From assembly GCA_043228905.1 (NCBI GenBank), contig JBHGNT010000006.1, positions 5,518,001 through 5,582,000 on the forward strand: a stretch of 64,000 bases of DNA, written 5' to 3'. The position numbers and the translations under genes are program-made. Each line of letters starts with the position of its first letter. The first letter of the stretch is position 1. Shown piece after piece: positions 40,508 to 51,436 of this stretch. The DNA is from Azolla caroliniana. Lineage: Eukaryota; Plantae; Polypodiophyta. The notes below the pieces were generated by a model. That model searched no databases. It saw only the letters and a list, made by a program, of their open reading frames with translations, and was not told where the DNA came from.

Positions 40508-43500
40508 AATTACATTGTACACATTGTAAACCCTATGTTGTAAGGAGATTACTTGAGCCTTAATCTAGAACTTATTGTGTTGAATGGGTGTAATTAGCCC
40601 TGATCCTGTGTTAATCACTTGAGTGCCACTATGGAGTGACAATGACATTGAGGTTGTGTCATGACATTAGCAAAAGAGGAAGTGATTTCATTGAGGTAGG
40701 GGGGATTCCTCGAATCATGGCATTCCTTGAGTCGGGACTTTCGTCGAGATCCAGATATTTCCTTGGGCAAGGGCTCTTCCTTGAGCCGAACATTTCCTCG
40801 AGTAAGGGCTTTCTTTGCGTCATAGGTTTTTCTTCAAACCATGGTTTTAAACCACAATTCCTGGAGCCTGGAGTTTCATCGAAAGAGATCATTCTCGAAA
40901 CTGGATATGAGGGTTACACACTAAGGGTTTTAGGTCCTCTTTTGAGGCATTTATGTTTTATAGGGCTCTGAACCTCATGCAAATAAAAATAGTATATCTC
41001 CCATTATCATGTCAAACATTCGGAGAAGCATATGCCCTTCTTAGTCATGAAGATTTTTATATAAAATTACTTGAACGTACCAAAGACTATCATCCGAGCA
41101 ACAATCTAGTGCTTTTAAAATTATTAATGATCCTATTATGGAACCCGATTTTGGAAGCCCCAAAGTACCTTGAATGTGATCAATTGTGTTGGGACCTTCT
41201 CTTTGACCTCAAGCGTAAACCCAAGTTGGTTGTCAATTATTGGTTTTTGAAATCCAAATATTGTCATAAACTTGGAGATTTTGAGACAATGGTAGCCACT
41301 TGTTTCTTTCGACTTTATAGCAAGTTTGGCCACTAGTTGTGTAGCCTCACTTCCAAATTGGTCTACAAATGAGTCGCCATTAACATTGTTGATTTCCTCT
41401 ACTACTTCTCTAAACTCTCACAAAACCCATACATCTTACCACTCCTACTTGTTCAAATTCGATGATATGCACTCCCACCTTCACCTCACCTATATTTTAA
41501 GCATCACATACCACTCTCTGAGTCCACCCCCTCCTACACCAAAGTCTTAACTCCTTCCTTTCCAACTCCTCTTGTTGCTCCCGACCATTTTCCCCCTACA
41601 ATCTTGGTTTCCACGTAAGCATTCCAGACCAAACATAGTGTGCCCATGTGGTTGTACTCATTAGGTTGGAGGGAGTGTTAACCTTACGTCAATCCCACAC
41701 CTACCCAAGCCAAAAGGTTGAGTGACGATGTATATCCCTTTTAATATTAAGTTGATTGTTGAGTGCCAAAAGTGCTCTATTGTTGGTAGCATTGTGTTTG
41801 TTGATTTCATTGGTATTTTCCATTCTTTTGTTAAACATTCATTACAGTGATTAGTACATGCTAACAATTCGAAGCTCTTTGTTAGAAGTAAGCATGTGTA
41901 AGATCAAGAGAGAGAATAGGTGAGACCCTAAGTAATATCGGAATGCTCAACAATGATTGACACCCACCATTGTCTACCTTGCCCCTATTTGTCCAATCCC
42001 CACAACAATATAACATGAAGGAAATTGTTAATTATCATGTTGACCCCGTGAAAAGGAACATGAAGGCTAGTGGCACAACTTTGTCCTTCAAAAGTTGGGT
42101 GTGATGGAATAACCTAACCTTCAAGACTGGCAATAGCTAGTTGACAAGGTTTGATGAAGTTAACAACCCTTACTTCAAGTCACTCAAGTACCAAGTGGAA
42201 GCCAACTCAAGGAACACCATGATTGAGGCAAGAGTCTTGCCTCATGGGTTCTCTTAAATTTGTGCATCATAGGATAGGAAGGATTAGTATAACAATATAG
42301 CTATTGTACAATTCCACCTAGCACTCAAGTTATTTATTTTGCCGCTATAATGATGGAATTTGAACAAGAATGATTGATATGGGCTCCAAGAACTTAGCGA
42401 AAACCCTCAACTCATAATTCTAACTAATGTAGTTCTTATTGAACCTATAAGAAAATGAGAAAAAAACATATTTGATGCACAAAGAAAACTAACTGGCCAA
42501 ATCTATTAACATGTCTAGAACCACAAACTGTAAAATTTTCAAGATTAATATGTAATTCCAACCCCCTAAAAGTGCCGAAATATCACAAAAAAGCCAATCA
42601 ACCCCTACCACGATGGGTAAACCCAAAATAGTCCAAAAATACTTAGTCATCCACAATTGTTAAGCACAAGTGTCCAACCCAAGACATTGACAAACACCAC
42701 GTAGGTTCAATTTCAACTTGTATCCCTATGTTCACAATGCACATTTCAATTTGCAACCGAGTTTTTTCATTTGCATGACTTAATTCAAATTCAGCTTGAT
42801 AGTCCTATTTACTTTTTTATCAACTAATGTTTCTTGAAGTAAGAGACCTTGTTAGCGTTTGAAATTCAACAAAGCAGAAAGTAAGGTTTGATACCATAAA
42901 CACAACCTATAGAACACTAGCATTCAGCAAACCATTTGCACAAGATTCATCAAATAAAGAATATTCATAAACATGGGCTCGCTGATTTGTTACTATCAAG
43001 TATCAATAGGACATCTCAAACCAAATGCAAAGGTCCATATATATAAAGGTTCCTCATAGGCACTAGGAAAACATTCAGAAAATCCTTAAAAGTAAAAAGA
43101 TATAAAGGTAAATGTAATACCGTTTAATCTAAAACAAGTACAAAGGGGGGGGAGCCTATAAACCTTTTAGAATGACTTCCTTATTCTCTCATCTTAGCCA
43201 AATATTAAGCCTTTCATTCTCCTCTAAATCATATGGTACTCTTCAACTCTTCAAACCCTTCCTTAATTCTTGTACTCTTCCCAAACATGAATTGATTGCA
43301 TTTGAGACGTTTGGTGATCTCTTGTTTATTTGGTCGTGTGATTAAGTGTGGTTAAGTCTCTTGATGTCTTGTGACAAGTTCTAATGATGTGATTGATGAT
43401 AATAATGTTAATTTATAGGTCATTGATCAACATCATGTTGAGATGGAATTGGAGGAAGAACAAGCCTCTTCTAAGCAAGCAAAAATAGTCATTGAATGGT

Positions 43501-44119
43501 TTATCAAAACCCTTGTGGACAACAAACTCACATTTACTCTTCAAGGTAAAACCCAGTCAACCAATCAACAAGCTGAACCACATTATGTGCATCATGCTTT
43601 TATCCCTGAAATTTGCTTTTATCTCTTCAGGATGCATTAACACATGATCGTTGGGTTGAAGCCATGAAACCCGAACTCGAGTCTATCCATAAGAACGACA
43701 CTTGAGAGTCACATGATCTCCTAAAGGTGGAAAAGCAATTGCCACCAAGTGGATTTATAAAGTCAAGCGTAATGTGGAATTTGTAGCCTTGATTGTTTTA
43801 AAGCAAGACTCATAGCAAAAGGTTGTTCTTAAAAAGAGGGGATATGTCATGAAGACACATCTTGTCTTATCATGACATTCATCTTGGCGAACCAGGAATC
43901 GAACCCATAACCTCTTGGTTTACATATTGTACTTTAACCATTGTAATAACATATGTGAGATGTAATCATAATAATTATATGTTTAGTTATTACGAGATAT
44001 TTAGAACATTCTAGATTATTCTAGAATGTTCTTGAATATTTCATGATTATATTTATTATTATTATTATTCATAAATATCTAAAATATTCTAGAACATTCT
44101 AGAATACTCCATAAGGGCC

Positions 44120-44163
44120 TATAAATAAGAGTCCATACACTCATCACAACTCATTCGGTTCAA
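44120..44163 (+). promoter_or_regulatory. LTR Pol II core promoter (TATA + initiator)
   Basis: tataaata at 44120 and ctcAttc initiator-like site at 44153, 33 nt downstream. Confidence 0.65.
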
Positions 44164-44476
44164 CACCAGTCTTTAGCCCTTAGCCTACTCCTTGTAATCT
44201 TCTTTCTCATAATATAATCGCATTCCCATTTCTTATCTCTGACTTATACTTTTCTCTCTTTCGCACTCTCTCCCTCTTTCACTCTCTTTTGCTATCACTA
44301 TCGCTATCTCTACCACTCTCGCCATCTCTATCGTTATCGTTATCTCTATCGCCATCGCTCTCTCTCTGCTTCCTACTCAAGAGTCACGACAGTTTGAACC
44401 GAATAATTCTTTTCCCTTTCTCCAATAACCCTAGCAAGCTTTCTTCTTTATCCTTCTTTCTTTTTCCCCCGCGGTT

Positions 44477-45604
44477 ATGGAGTCGGTCAGCAAGCAAGAG
44501 TATATGCGTGTCCTTTCGGAGCTCGATATGCTCACCACTAAGTTTTTGGCATTAGAGCAAGAAAATCAAAGGCTACTCGGGGATCTTCAACAAGTCAGTA
44601 CTGAGAAAGCTCATCAATATGAGGAGTTATCACAACGGGTTCATCAACTTGAGGCTACTATATTAACATTACGAGAACAAGCGGCGGGGGTTCAAAACTC
44701 CCCAAGGGAACCAAAGATTAGCCTCCCTGCCAAGTTTGATGGTACCAGATCTCTCTTTCGAGGTTTCCTGAATCAAGTTCGTTTGGTGATTCAGTTACAT
44801 CCCAATCGGTATCCAACTGATGCTGCCCGTGTGGGATTAATAGGAACCTTGCTAAGCGGTACAACGTTAGCATGGTTTGCACCACTTCTTGAGAAGAAAT
44901 CACCATTACTGGAGGATTTCGAGGCATTCGTTAAGGAGTTTCAAGCTAGTTTTGGAGATACGGATAGCACTAGGACTGCAATAAACAAGATTCGAAGACT
45001 CCGACAAGGAGATCGTCCCGCTTCAGCTTATGCCGCAGATTTCCGTCTCTTGGCATGCGACATCCCTTGGGATGAGGCAGCCTTAATGGATCAATTCCGT
45101 CAGGGTTTGCGTAACGATGTCAAAGATCTTCTTCTTACTTTCCATGAAGATCCAAAGTCTCTTACTGAAGCTATTAGCCGAGCTGTGCGATGTGATAATC
45201 GCCTATTTGAGCGACGTTCTGAACGTCAACAAATGTTACGCCGCCAACCGGAACAGACATACGCTTCTATAGTCGCCACACCGCCACAAGGTTCTAGACC
45301 CGTTACGAGGGATGGTCCCACTCCGATGGAAATAGAGTCGACACAACGTCGAGGGCCCTTATCAGATGCTGAGAAACAACGACGTCGGGCGCATCGCCTA
45401 TGCCTCTACTGTGGTGGTCCAGGACATATAGCTGTGAATTGTCCACATAAACCCAGGCGTCAAGTTTACCAAGTAAGTGCACATGACAACCCTACATCAA
45501 GTTCTACTATCACTTCTAATAACTTAAGTACTAAGCCTAATAGCCCATGCCATGAGAATAGATTTGATGTCTTGAGCCAATTAGAGGATGTGTTAAACGA
45601 ATAA
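44477..45604 (+). CDS. gag: Gypsy Gag (coiled coil, retrotransposon gag domain, CCHC knuckle)
   Basis: 375-aa ORF. EPKISLPAKFDG, LLSGTTLAWF, LRQG..AYAADFR, PTPMEI and CLYCGGPGHIAVNC are motifs of sushi/PEG10-type Gag. Confidence 0.92.
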   Translation: MESVSKQEYMRVLSELDMLTTKFLALEQENQRLLGDLQQVSTEKAHQYEELSQRVHQLEATILTLREQAAGVQNSPREPKISLPAKFDGTRSLFRGFLNQVRLVIQLHPNRYPTDAARVGLIGTLLSGTTLAWFAPLLEKKSPLLEDFEAFVKEFQASFGDTDSTRTAINKIRRLRQGDRPASAYAADFRLLACDIPWDEAALMDQFRQGLRNDVKDLLLTFHEDPKSLTEAISRAVRCDNRLFERRSERQQMLRRQPEQTYASIVATPPQGSRPVTRDGPTPMEIESTQRRGPLSDAEKQRRRAHRLCLYCGGPGHIAVNCPHKPRRQVYQVSAHDNPTSSSTITSNNLSTKPNSPCHENRFDVLSQLEDVLNE

Positions 45605-48600
45605 GTCCGGCCAAAATAGGAGCCATTTGGTTGGACCATCCTAGTTATGTAGAGTCAGTACCTAGTTGTGGTTCCATTTCATCAAATCAAGTTAGTAGAG
45701 TTTTTTCTGCACAAGTCGAGCTTAGCACATCTACAGGTCATCGCGCCCTAGCCTCTGCCCTCCTAGATTCCGGAGCCAATTCGTGTTTCATGGATCGCGA
45801 GTTTGCATTGACTCAAAACATCATCTTGAAAAAACTCCCAAACCCAGTAGCTGTAGGAGTCATCGATGGTCGCCCTATAGCATCAGGAGATATAGTCGAA
45901 GAGTCTGAACCAATTCGTGTAGTCCTAGGTAATTTGGCTAGTGTCATCTCATTTAACATCATTAGTAGTCCGGAGCACTCTCTAGTTCTTGGTCTTCCTT
46001 GGTTTGAGTTACATAACCCAACCATTGATTGGAGAAAAAGAACTATTGAAGAGGTCACCGTACAATCCAAGTCTCTTGAAGCTCCAACTAAGGATCTAGG
46101 ATCCCCCACAATTTCAACAATCTCTATACATCAATTACGAGAGGATGGAAGAAAGGAAGACATGATGGTATTTGCGGTTTTAGCAACTCCCTCATCTAGC
46201 TCACAAGAATTGGGGGTCCAACTACCAAAGAAGTACATAGAATTCTCCGATGTGTTCGATAAGGTGAAGGCTAATAGACTACCAGAGCATCGACCATATG
46301 ATTGCCCAATTGATTTGCAGCCAGGAAAAGAGCCTCCATGGGGACCAATTTATAATCTTTCGCCCACGGAGTTAGAGGTTCTTCGAGAATATATCAATGA
46401 GAACTTGGCAAATGGTTTTATCCAACATTCAAAATCTCCTGCTGGTGCACCCATCTTTTTCGTTAAGAAGAAAGATGGTACGCTTCGTATGGTCGTGGAT
46501 TATCGAGGCTTGAATAAAGTGACCGTTAGAAACCGATATGCTCTCCCATTGATCTCAAGCCTTCTAGAACGCCTCAGTGAAGCAAAGTATTTCACGAAGT
46601 TAGATCTTCGAGGTGCCTACAACCTTGTTCGAATTCGTCCTGGGGATGAATGGAAGACGGCGTTCCGCACTCGCTATGGTCATTTTGAGTACACAGTGAT
46701 GCCTTTTGGCCTCACGAATGCACCAGCAGTCTTCCAACATATGGCGAATGATATTTTTCGAGACTTCCTCGATATCTTCATCATTGTTTACCTGGATGAT
46801 ATCTTGATCTACTCAAAAACTCAAGAAGAACATGATATACATGTTCGCCAAGTTTTGCAACGGCTACGAGAGTATGGTCTCTATGCAAAATTGGAGAAGT
46901 GTAGTTTCGACCAATGTCAAGTGGAGTTTTTGGGGTACATAGTCTCTTCAAATGGCATCTCTATGGATCCATCAAAGGTTCAAACAATTTTGGATTGGCA
47001 AACACCACAGTCCGTGCGAGATGTGCAATGTTTTTTGGGGTTCGCAAACTTTTATCGCAAGTTCATCAAAGATTATTCAAAAATTGTGTTGCCCCTCACT
47101 CAACTGACGCACAAGAATCGATCATTTGTATGGAGTATAGATGCGAACTCTGCATTTGAGGGTTTAAAGCAAGCATTTACATCCGCACCAATCTTAATCC
47201 ATGTCGATCCAACGAGGCGCTTTATACTTGAAGCTGATGCATCGGATTTCGCACTCGGAAGTGTACTATCCCAAATTGGTGATGATGGTGAACTGCACCC
47301 GGTGGCTTTTCACTCACGAAAATTTGAAGCCGCAGAAATCAACTATGAGATTCACGACAAAGAGCTTCTTGCCATTGTGGATTCTTTTCAACAATGGCGT
47401 CATTTTCTGGAGGGTTCTTCTCAGCAGATTATTGTCTACAATGATCATAAAAATCTAACATACTTTCAAAGTGCTCGAGTCTTGAATCGACGACAAGCTC
47501 GTTGGGCGCAGTTCTTAACTCGTTTCGATTTTGTAATTCTATATCGCCCTGGGATGCAACAAGGAAAAGCAGATGCTTTATCTAGACGTTCGTATATGGA
47601 ACTTCAACCTGGAGAGGCCGCATTTGAAAGCCAAAAGCAAATCCTCTTAGGTCCTGATCGTCTACGAATAATGGCAATGCATACCATCAACACACCGGGA
47701 GATTCAAGGCTTCTTGATTCCATTCGTGAGCAGATTGCGACTGATGCGTTCGCCCAAGAGGTTTTGAGCCATATTATCCCAAATCGTGCATCTAGCTCCC
47801 AAACTCAAAATCCTCGTCTAGACTACACCCAGTTTAGTTGGCATGATGGGTTACTTTTTCGACAAACTCTCTTGTATGTGCCTGACGGTCCTTCTCGACT
47901 CAAAGTCATGCAACAATGTCATGACACACCAATGGCGGGACACTTCGGCATCCACAAGACTTTTGAGTTGATTTCTCGCCGATATTGGTGGCCACGGCTT
48001 CGCCATTTTGTTACGGATTATGTTCGTAGCTGTGATACATGTTGCCGATCAAAAAAGCCTCGACATCATCATATGGCTTATTACAGCCAATGCCTATTCC
48101 GGAGAGCCCATGGAAATCTATTTCCTTGGACTTTATTACGGATCTTCCACCTTCCAAGGGATTTGATTCGATTCTCACGGTTGTCGATCGTTTTACGAAG
48201 ATGGCACATTTCCTTCCATGCACAAAGACCATTACTAGTCAAGAGACAGCTGATTTACTCATGCGGGAGGTGTTTCGCCATCATGGTCTTCCGGATGATA
48301 TTATCAGTGATCGGGGTCCCCAATTCATCTCGAAATTTTGGCGGCACATGTTCAAACTCTTACATACTTCTTGTAAACTCTCTTCCGGCTACCATCCAGA
48401 GACTAATGGGCAGAGTGAGCGCACCAACCAAACAGTCGAGCAATATCTACGTTGTTTTGTCAACTATCAACAAGATGATTGGGTGGATTTACTACCTTTG
48501 GCAGAATTTGCTTATAACAACTCCGAACATTCTTCTACTGGATATTCCCCATTTTTTGCAAACATTGGGTACCATCCTCGTTGGACGATGCTTGAACATC

Positions 48601-49235
48601 CTGAACTCCCAAAAAACCCAGCTGCTGAAGATCGGCTCACTCGACTCCAAGAAGTTCAGGATATGCTTTTGCATCATTTATGTGAAGCCCAAAACACTCA
48701 AAAGAAGATTGCTGACCGTCATCGGCGTGATTCATCGACTACATTTCAAGTAGGCGATCGTGTATGGCTCTTACAAGGTAGCATTAAAACGACCCGACCT
48801 TGCTACAAATTGGATTATCAACATTTTGGCCCATATGTCATAAGTGGTAAGATCAATGATGTGACATTTCGTCTTGATCTTCCTCCTCATATGCGTCTTC
48901 ACCCGGTCTTCCATGTTTCACTTTTGGAGCCCTACACAACGAGCTCTATTCCGGGTCGTGTTACACCTCCCCCACCTCCAATTGACGTTTCCAATGGCTC
49001 TGAATATGAGGTTGCCGCTATCCTCGACTCCAAGATCATTCGCAACAAACTATACTACTTGGTTGATTGGTTAGGCTATACACCTAATGATCGAACATGG
49101 GAGCCTGCCGAACATCTTGCCAATGCCTCCGACATGGTTGTTGCATTTCACAACCAATATCCTCATAAACCAAGTCTGAACTCTTTTCTTCCGACTCGTG
49201 CAACTCGTCATCGAAAAGGGGGGATAATGTCATGA
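45568..49235 (+). CDS. pol: Gypsy Pol (protease, RT, RNase H, integrase, chromodomain) in the -1 frame relative to gag, with one 1-nt lesion near 48070
   Basis: Frame open from 45568 with no ATG before the protease. LLDSGAN (PR), YLDD (RT), DASDFALG/KELLA (RH), H..H..CDTC, SLDF/SDRG/SERTN (IN), GPY, and YEVAAILDSK..YYLVDWLGY..DRTWEP (chromo). The frame switches at RHH/YGLLQP. Confidence 0.92.
45592..45643 (+). promoter_or_regulatory. -1 programmed ribosomal frameshift signal
   Basis: G_TTA_AAC in the gag frame, 6-nt spacer, stem 45605-45615/45626-45636, and loop tagga pairing with tccta at 45639-45643. Confidence 0.8.
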
Positions 49236-49789
49236 AGACACATCTTGGCTTATCATGACATTCATCTTGGCAAACCAGGAATCGAACCCATAACCTCTTG
49301 GTTTACATATTGTACTTTGACCATTGTAATAACATATGTGAGATGTAATCATAATAATTATATGTTTAGTTATTACGAGATATTTAGAACATTCTAGATT
49401 ATTCTAGAATGTTCTTGAATATTTCATGATTATATTTATTATTATTATTATTCATAAATATCTAAAATATTCTAGAACATTCTAGAATACTCCATAAGGG
49501 CCTATAAATAAGAGTCCATACACTCATCACAACTCATTCGGTTCAACACCAGTCTTTAGCCCTTAGCCTACTCCTTGTAATCTTCTTTCTCATAATATAA
49601 TCGCATTCCCATTTCTTATCTCTCACTTATACTTTTCTCTCTCTCGCACTCTCTCCCTCTTTCACTCTCTTTTGCTATCACTATCGCTATCTCTACCGCT
49701 CTCGCCATCTCTATCGTTATCGTTATCTCTATCGCCATCGCTCTCTCTCTGCTTCCTACTCAAGAGTCACGACAGGATATACTATAAAC

Positions 49790-50073
49790 CATATTACGTA
49801 AAATTCGTGTATGTCTAGTATAACATTCGTTTTCCTACGTTGGAAAACGAATGTGAATGTTATTCAAACATTCTTGTGTTTTTTTTTTGTTTTTTTCCCA
49901 CTTTTAAATTATTATTTTTTGTTTTTTTTCATTTTTTAGGCTTATTTACCTCATAATAAATAGTTAATCCAAAAGTATGGTATTTATCATTCTTTGAGGG
50001 TGTTTTTCTTACGCGAATGATTCAATCATTTGCGAATGCGAATGCACATATGGTACGTATGGCTCATACTATG
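49790..50073. mobile_element. hAT-type MITE (284 bp)
   Basis: Termini catatta / tactatg, 8-bp TSD ctataaac / ctatgaac. Homologous, in reverse orientation, to 62508-62740. Confidence 0.75.
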
Positions 50074-51249
50074 CTATGAACAAACATTCACCCCCACTTC
50101 AAGGATGGTTGCAATCATATCTATGGTTTGCTACAACCACAAATAAAGGATGGAAGTTTCACCAGTTGAATATTAAAACCACCTTAAATGGAGATTTAGA
50201 AGAAGAGGTTTACGTAACTCATCTTCCCAGTTTTGACATAAATGGTGTGCAAAACCTAAAGTTTGTAGGATATTTAAAGCTTTGTATGACTTGAAGAAAG
50301 CACCTCGAGAGTGGAATGCAAAGATCCATGCTCATCTTCTTTTGTGAACAACTAAGCTGAAAGCACTCTCTATATCCAAAAGGATGGAGAAAATTTACTC
50401 ATTGTTGTGCTTTATGTTAATGATTTGCTAATCACAAGACCTAATGAGCCAGAAATTGTTGATTTCAATGTTGATCTTAATAAGACAATTGAACTTACAG
50501 ATCTTGGTCATCTCCATATTACCTCAACATTCAATTCATTACCATTGAGGGGTGGCATTTTCTTGAGTCAATGAAAGTATAGCAAGAAGTTCCTACAGTT
50601 ATTCAGGTTTGAAGAGTGCAAGCCAATCTCCATTCTTGTTGAAGTAGGTTTCAGATCATCATATTAAGATAGAGAGTATATCAAGTTTGATATAGGTTGT
50701 TTGATATTTTTGTGCAACACAACCTGACATCCAATATGTTGACAACTACTCTTGCCAACAAGAGAGTAAATCGAGTTTCATCAAAGGTTCCAACACAACT
50801 TATACCTTGGAGTGTTGCACTTCAAGGATCATTATCGATCCTAGAGGGGTTGTCTCCCTCATAGTGGGAACCAAGGGATTGGGAGGGTCACTTTCCAATT
50901 AACAAAGACTATGAAATCATACATCAACATATAAAAACACTTATCACTTAACTCCTTGCAACCATGGAGGCCTCAAAATGTTTGCTAAGTTTAAGTACTA
51001 CACCAATACATCAATTAAGACATTTTTTGTGGATTAAGTAGATATTTAGTGGATAAGAAACGACTAAGATATCTTAATTCAATAAATAACTACAAGCATG
51101 TATAGAATGGAAATGCTACTTATAGGAAAGTGTATCTTGGTTGATGAAAAGGAGAAGAGAATGAGGACCAAAAGGTGGCCTCAAAGACCTTTTGTATATG
51201 AGAGCTTTCACCCTTTTATACGAGTTAGAATCCCTAAATGGTACCTTTC

Positions 51250-51436
51250 ACATAAATTGAAAGGGGACTGCGTTTCTTATATATCTTTGGGCATTAGCCA
51301 TTACCACCTAATTGAAAAAGGACCACGTTTCTTATATACATTTGATCTATATTACAAGACCTTTAGCAATTACCACCTAATAAATGGTAGTTCCGCATAA
51401 ATTGAAAAAGGACCACGTTTCTTATATACATTTGGT
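51250..51436. repeat. Three dispersed ~35-bp direct repeats
   Basis: aattgaaa(a/g)(a/g)ggac(ca/tg)cgtttcttatata at ~51255, 51311 and 51401. Confidence 0.7.

Larger units (their letters stand above)
43845..49774 (+). mobile_element. Full-length chromodomain Ty3/Gypsy LTR retrotransposon (chromovirus; Tcn1/Tf1-sushi-like by inference)
   Basis: 547-bp LTRs at 43845-44391 and 49228-49774 (TG..CA, about 6 differences by eye). Perfect 5-bp TSD ggata (43840-43844, 49775-49779). PPT aaaagggggga at 49214-49224. Domain order gag, PR-RT-RH-IN-chromo. Confidence 0.97.
43600..50736 (+). pseudogene. Decayed Ty1/Copia reverse transcriptase, split by two later insertions
   Basis: Left part 43600-43844: W..AMKPELESIHKND, KAIATKWIYKVK, FKARLIAKG. 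Right part from 50074: YEQTF, KGWKFHQLNIKT-LNGDLEEEVYV, LKKAPREW, LIVVLYVNDLLIT. Many stops and frameshifts. Confidence 0.8.

Noticed and set aside
39927-42896. Isolated tggtatca PBS-like words at ~39927 (+) and ~42889 (-)
   Set aside because: No paired LTRs or coding remnants could be tied to them.
43885-43955. Functional tRNA gene in the LTR
   Set aside because: A/B-box-like motifs are present, but the acceptor and anticodon stems do not pair. Reported only as tRNA-like.
48075-48753. C-terminal ~225 aa of the 1040-aa ORF as a novel domain
   Set aside because: Out-of-frame read-through after the 1-nt lesion. The real integrase is in the overlapping ORF.
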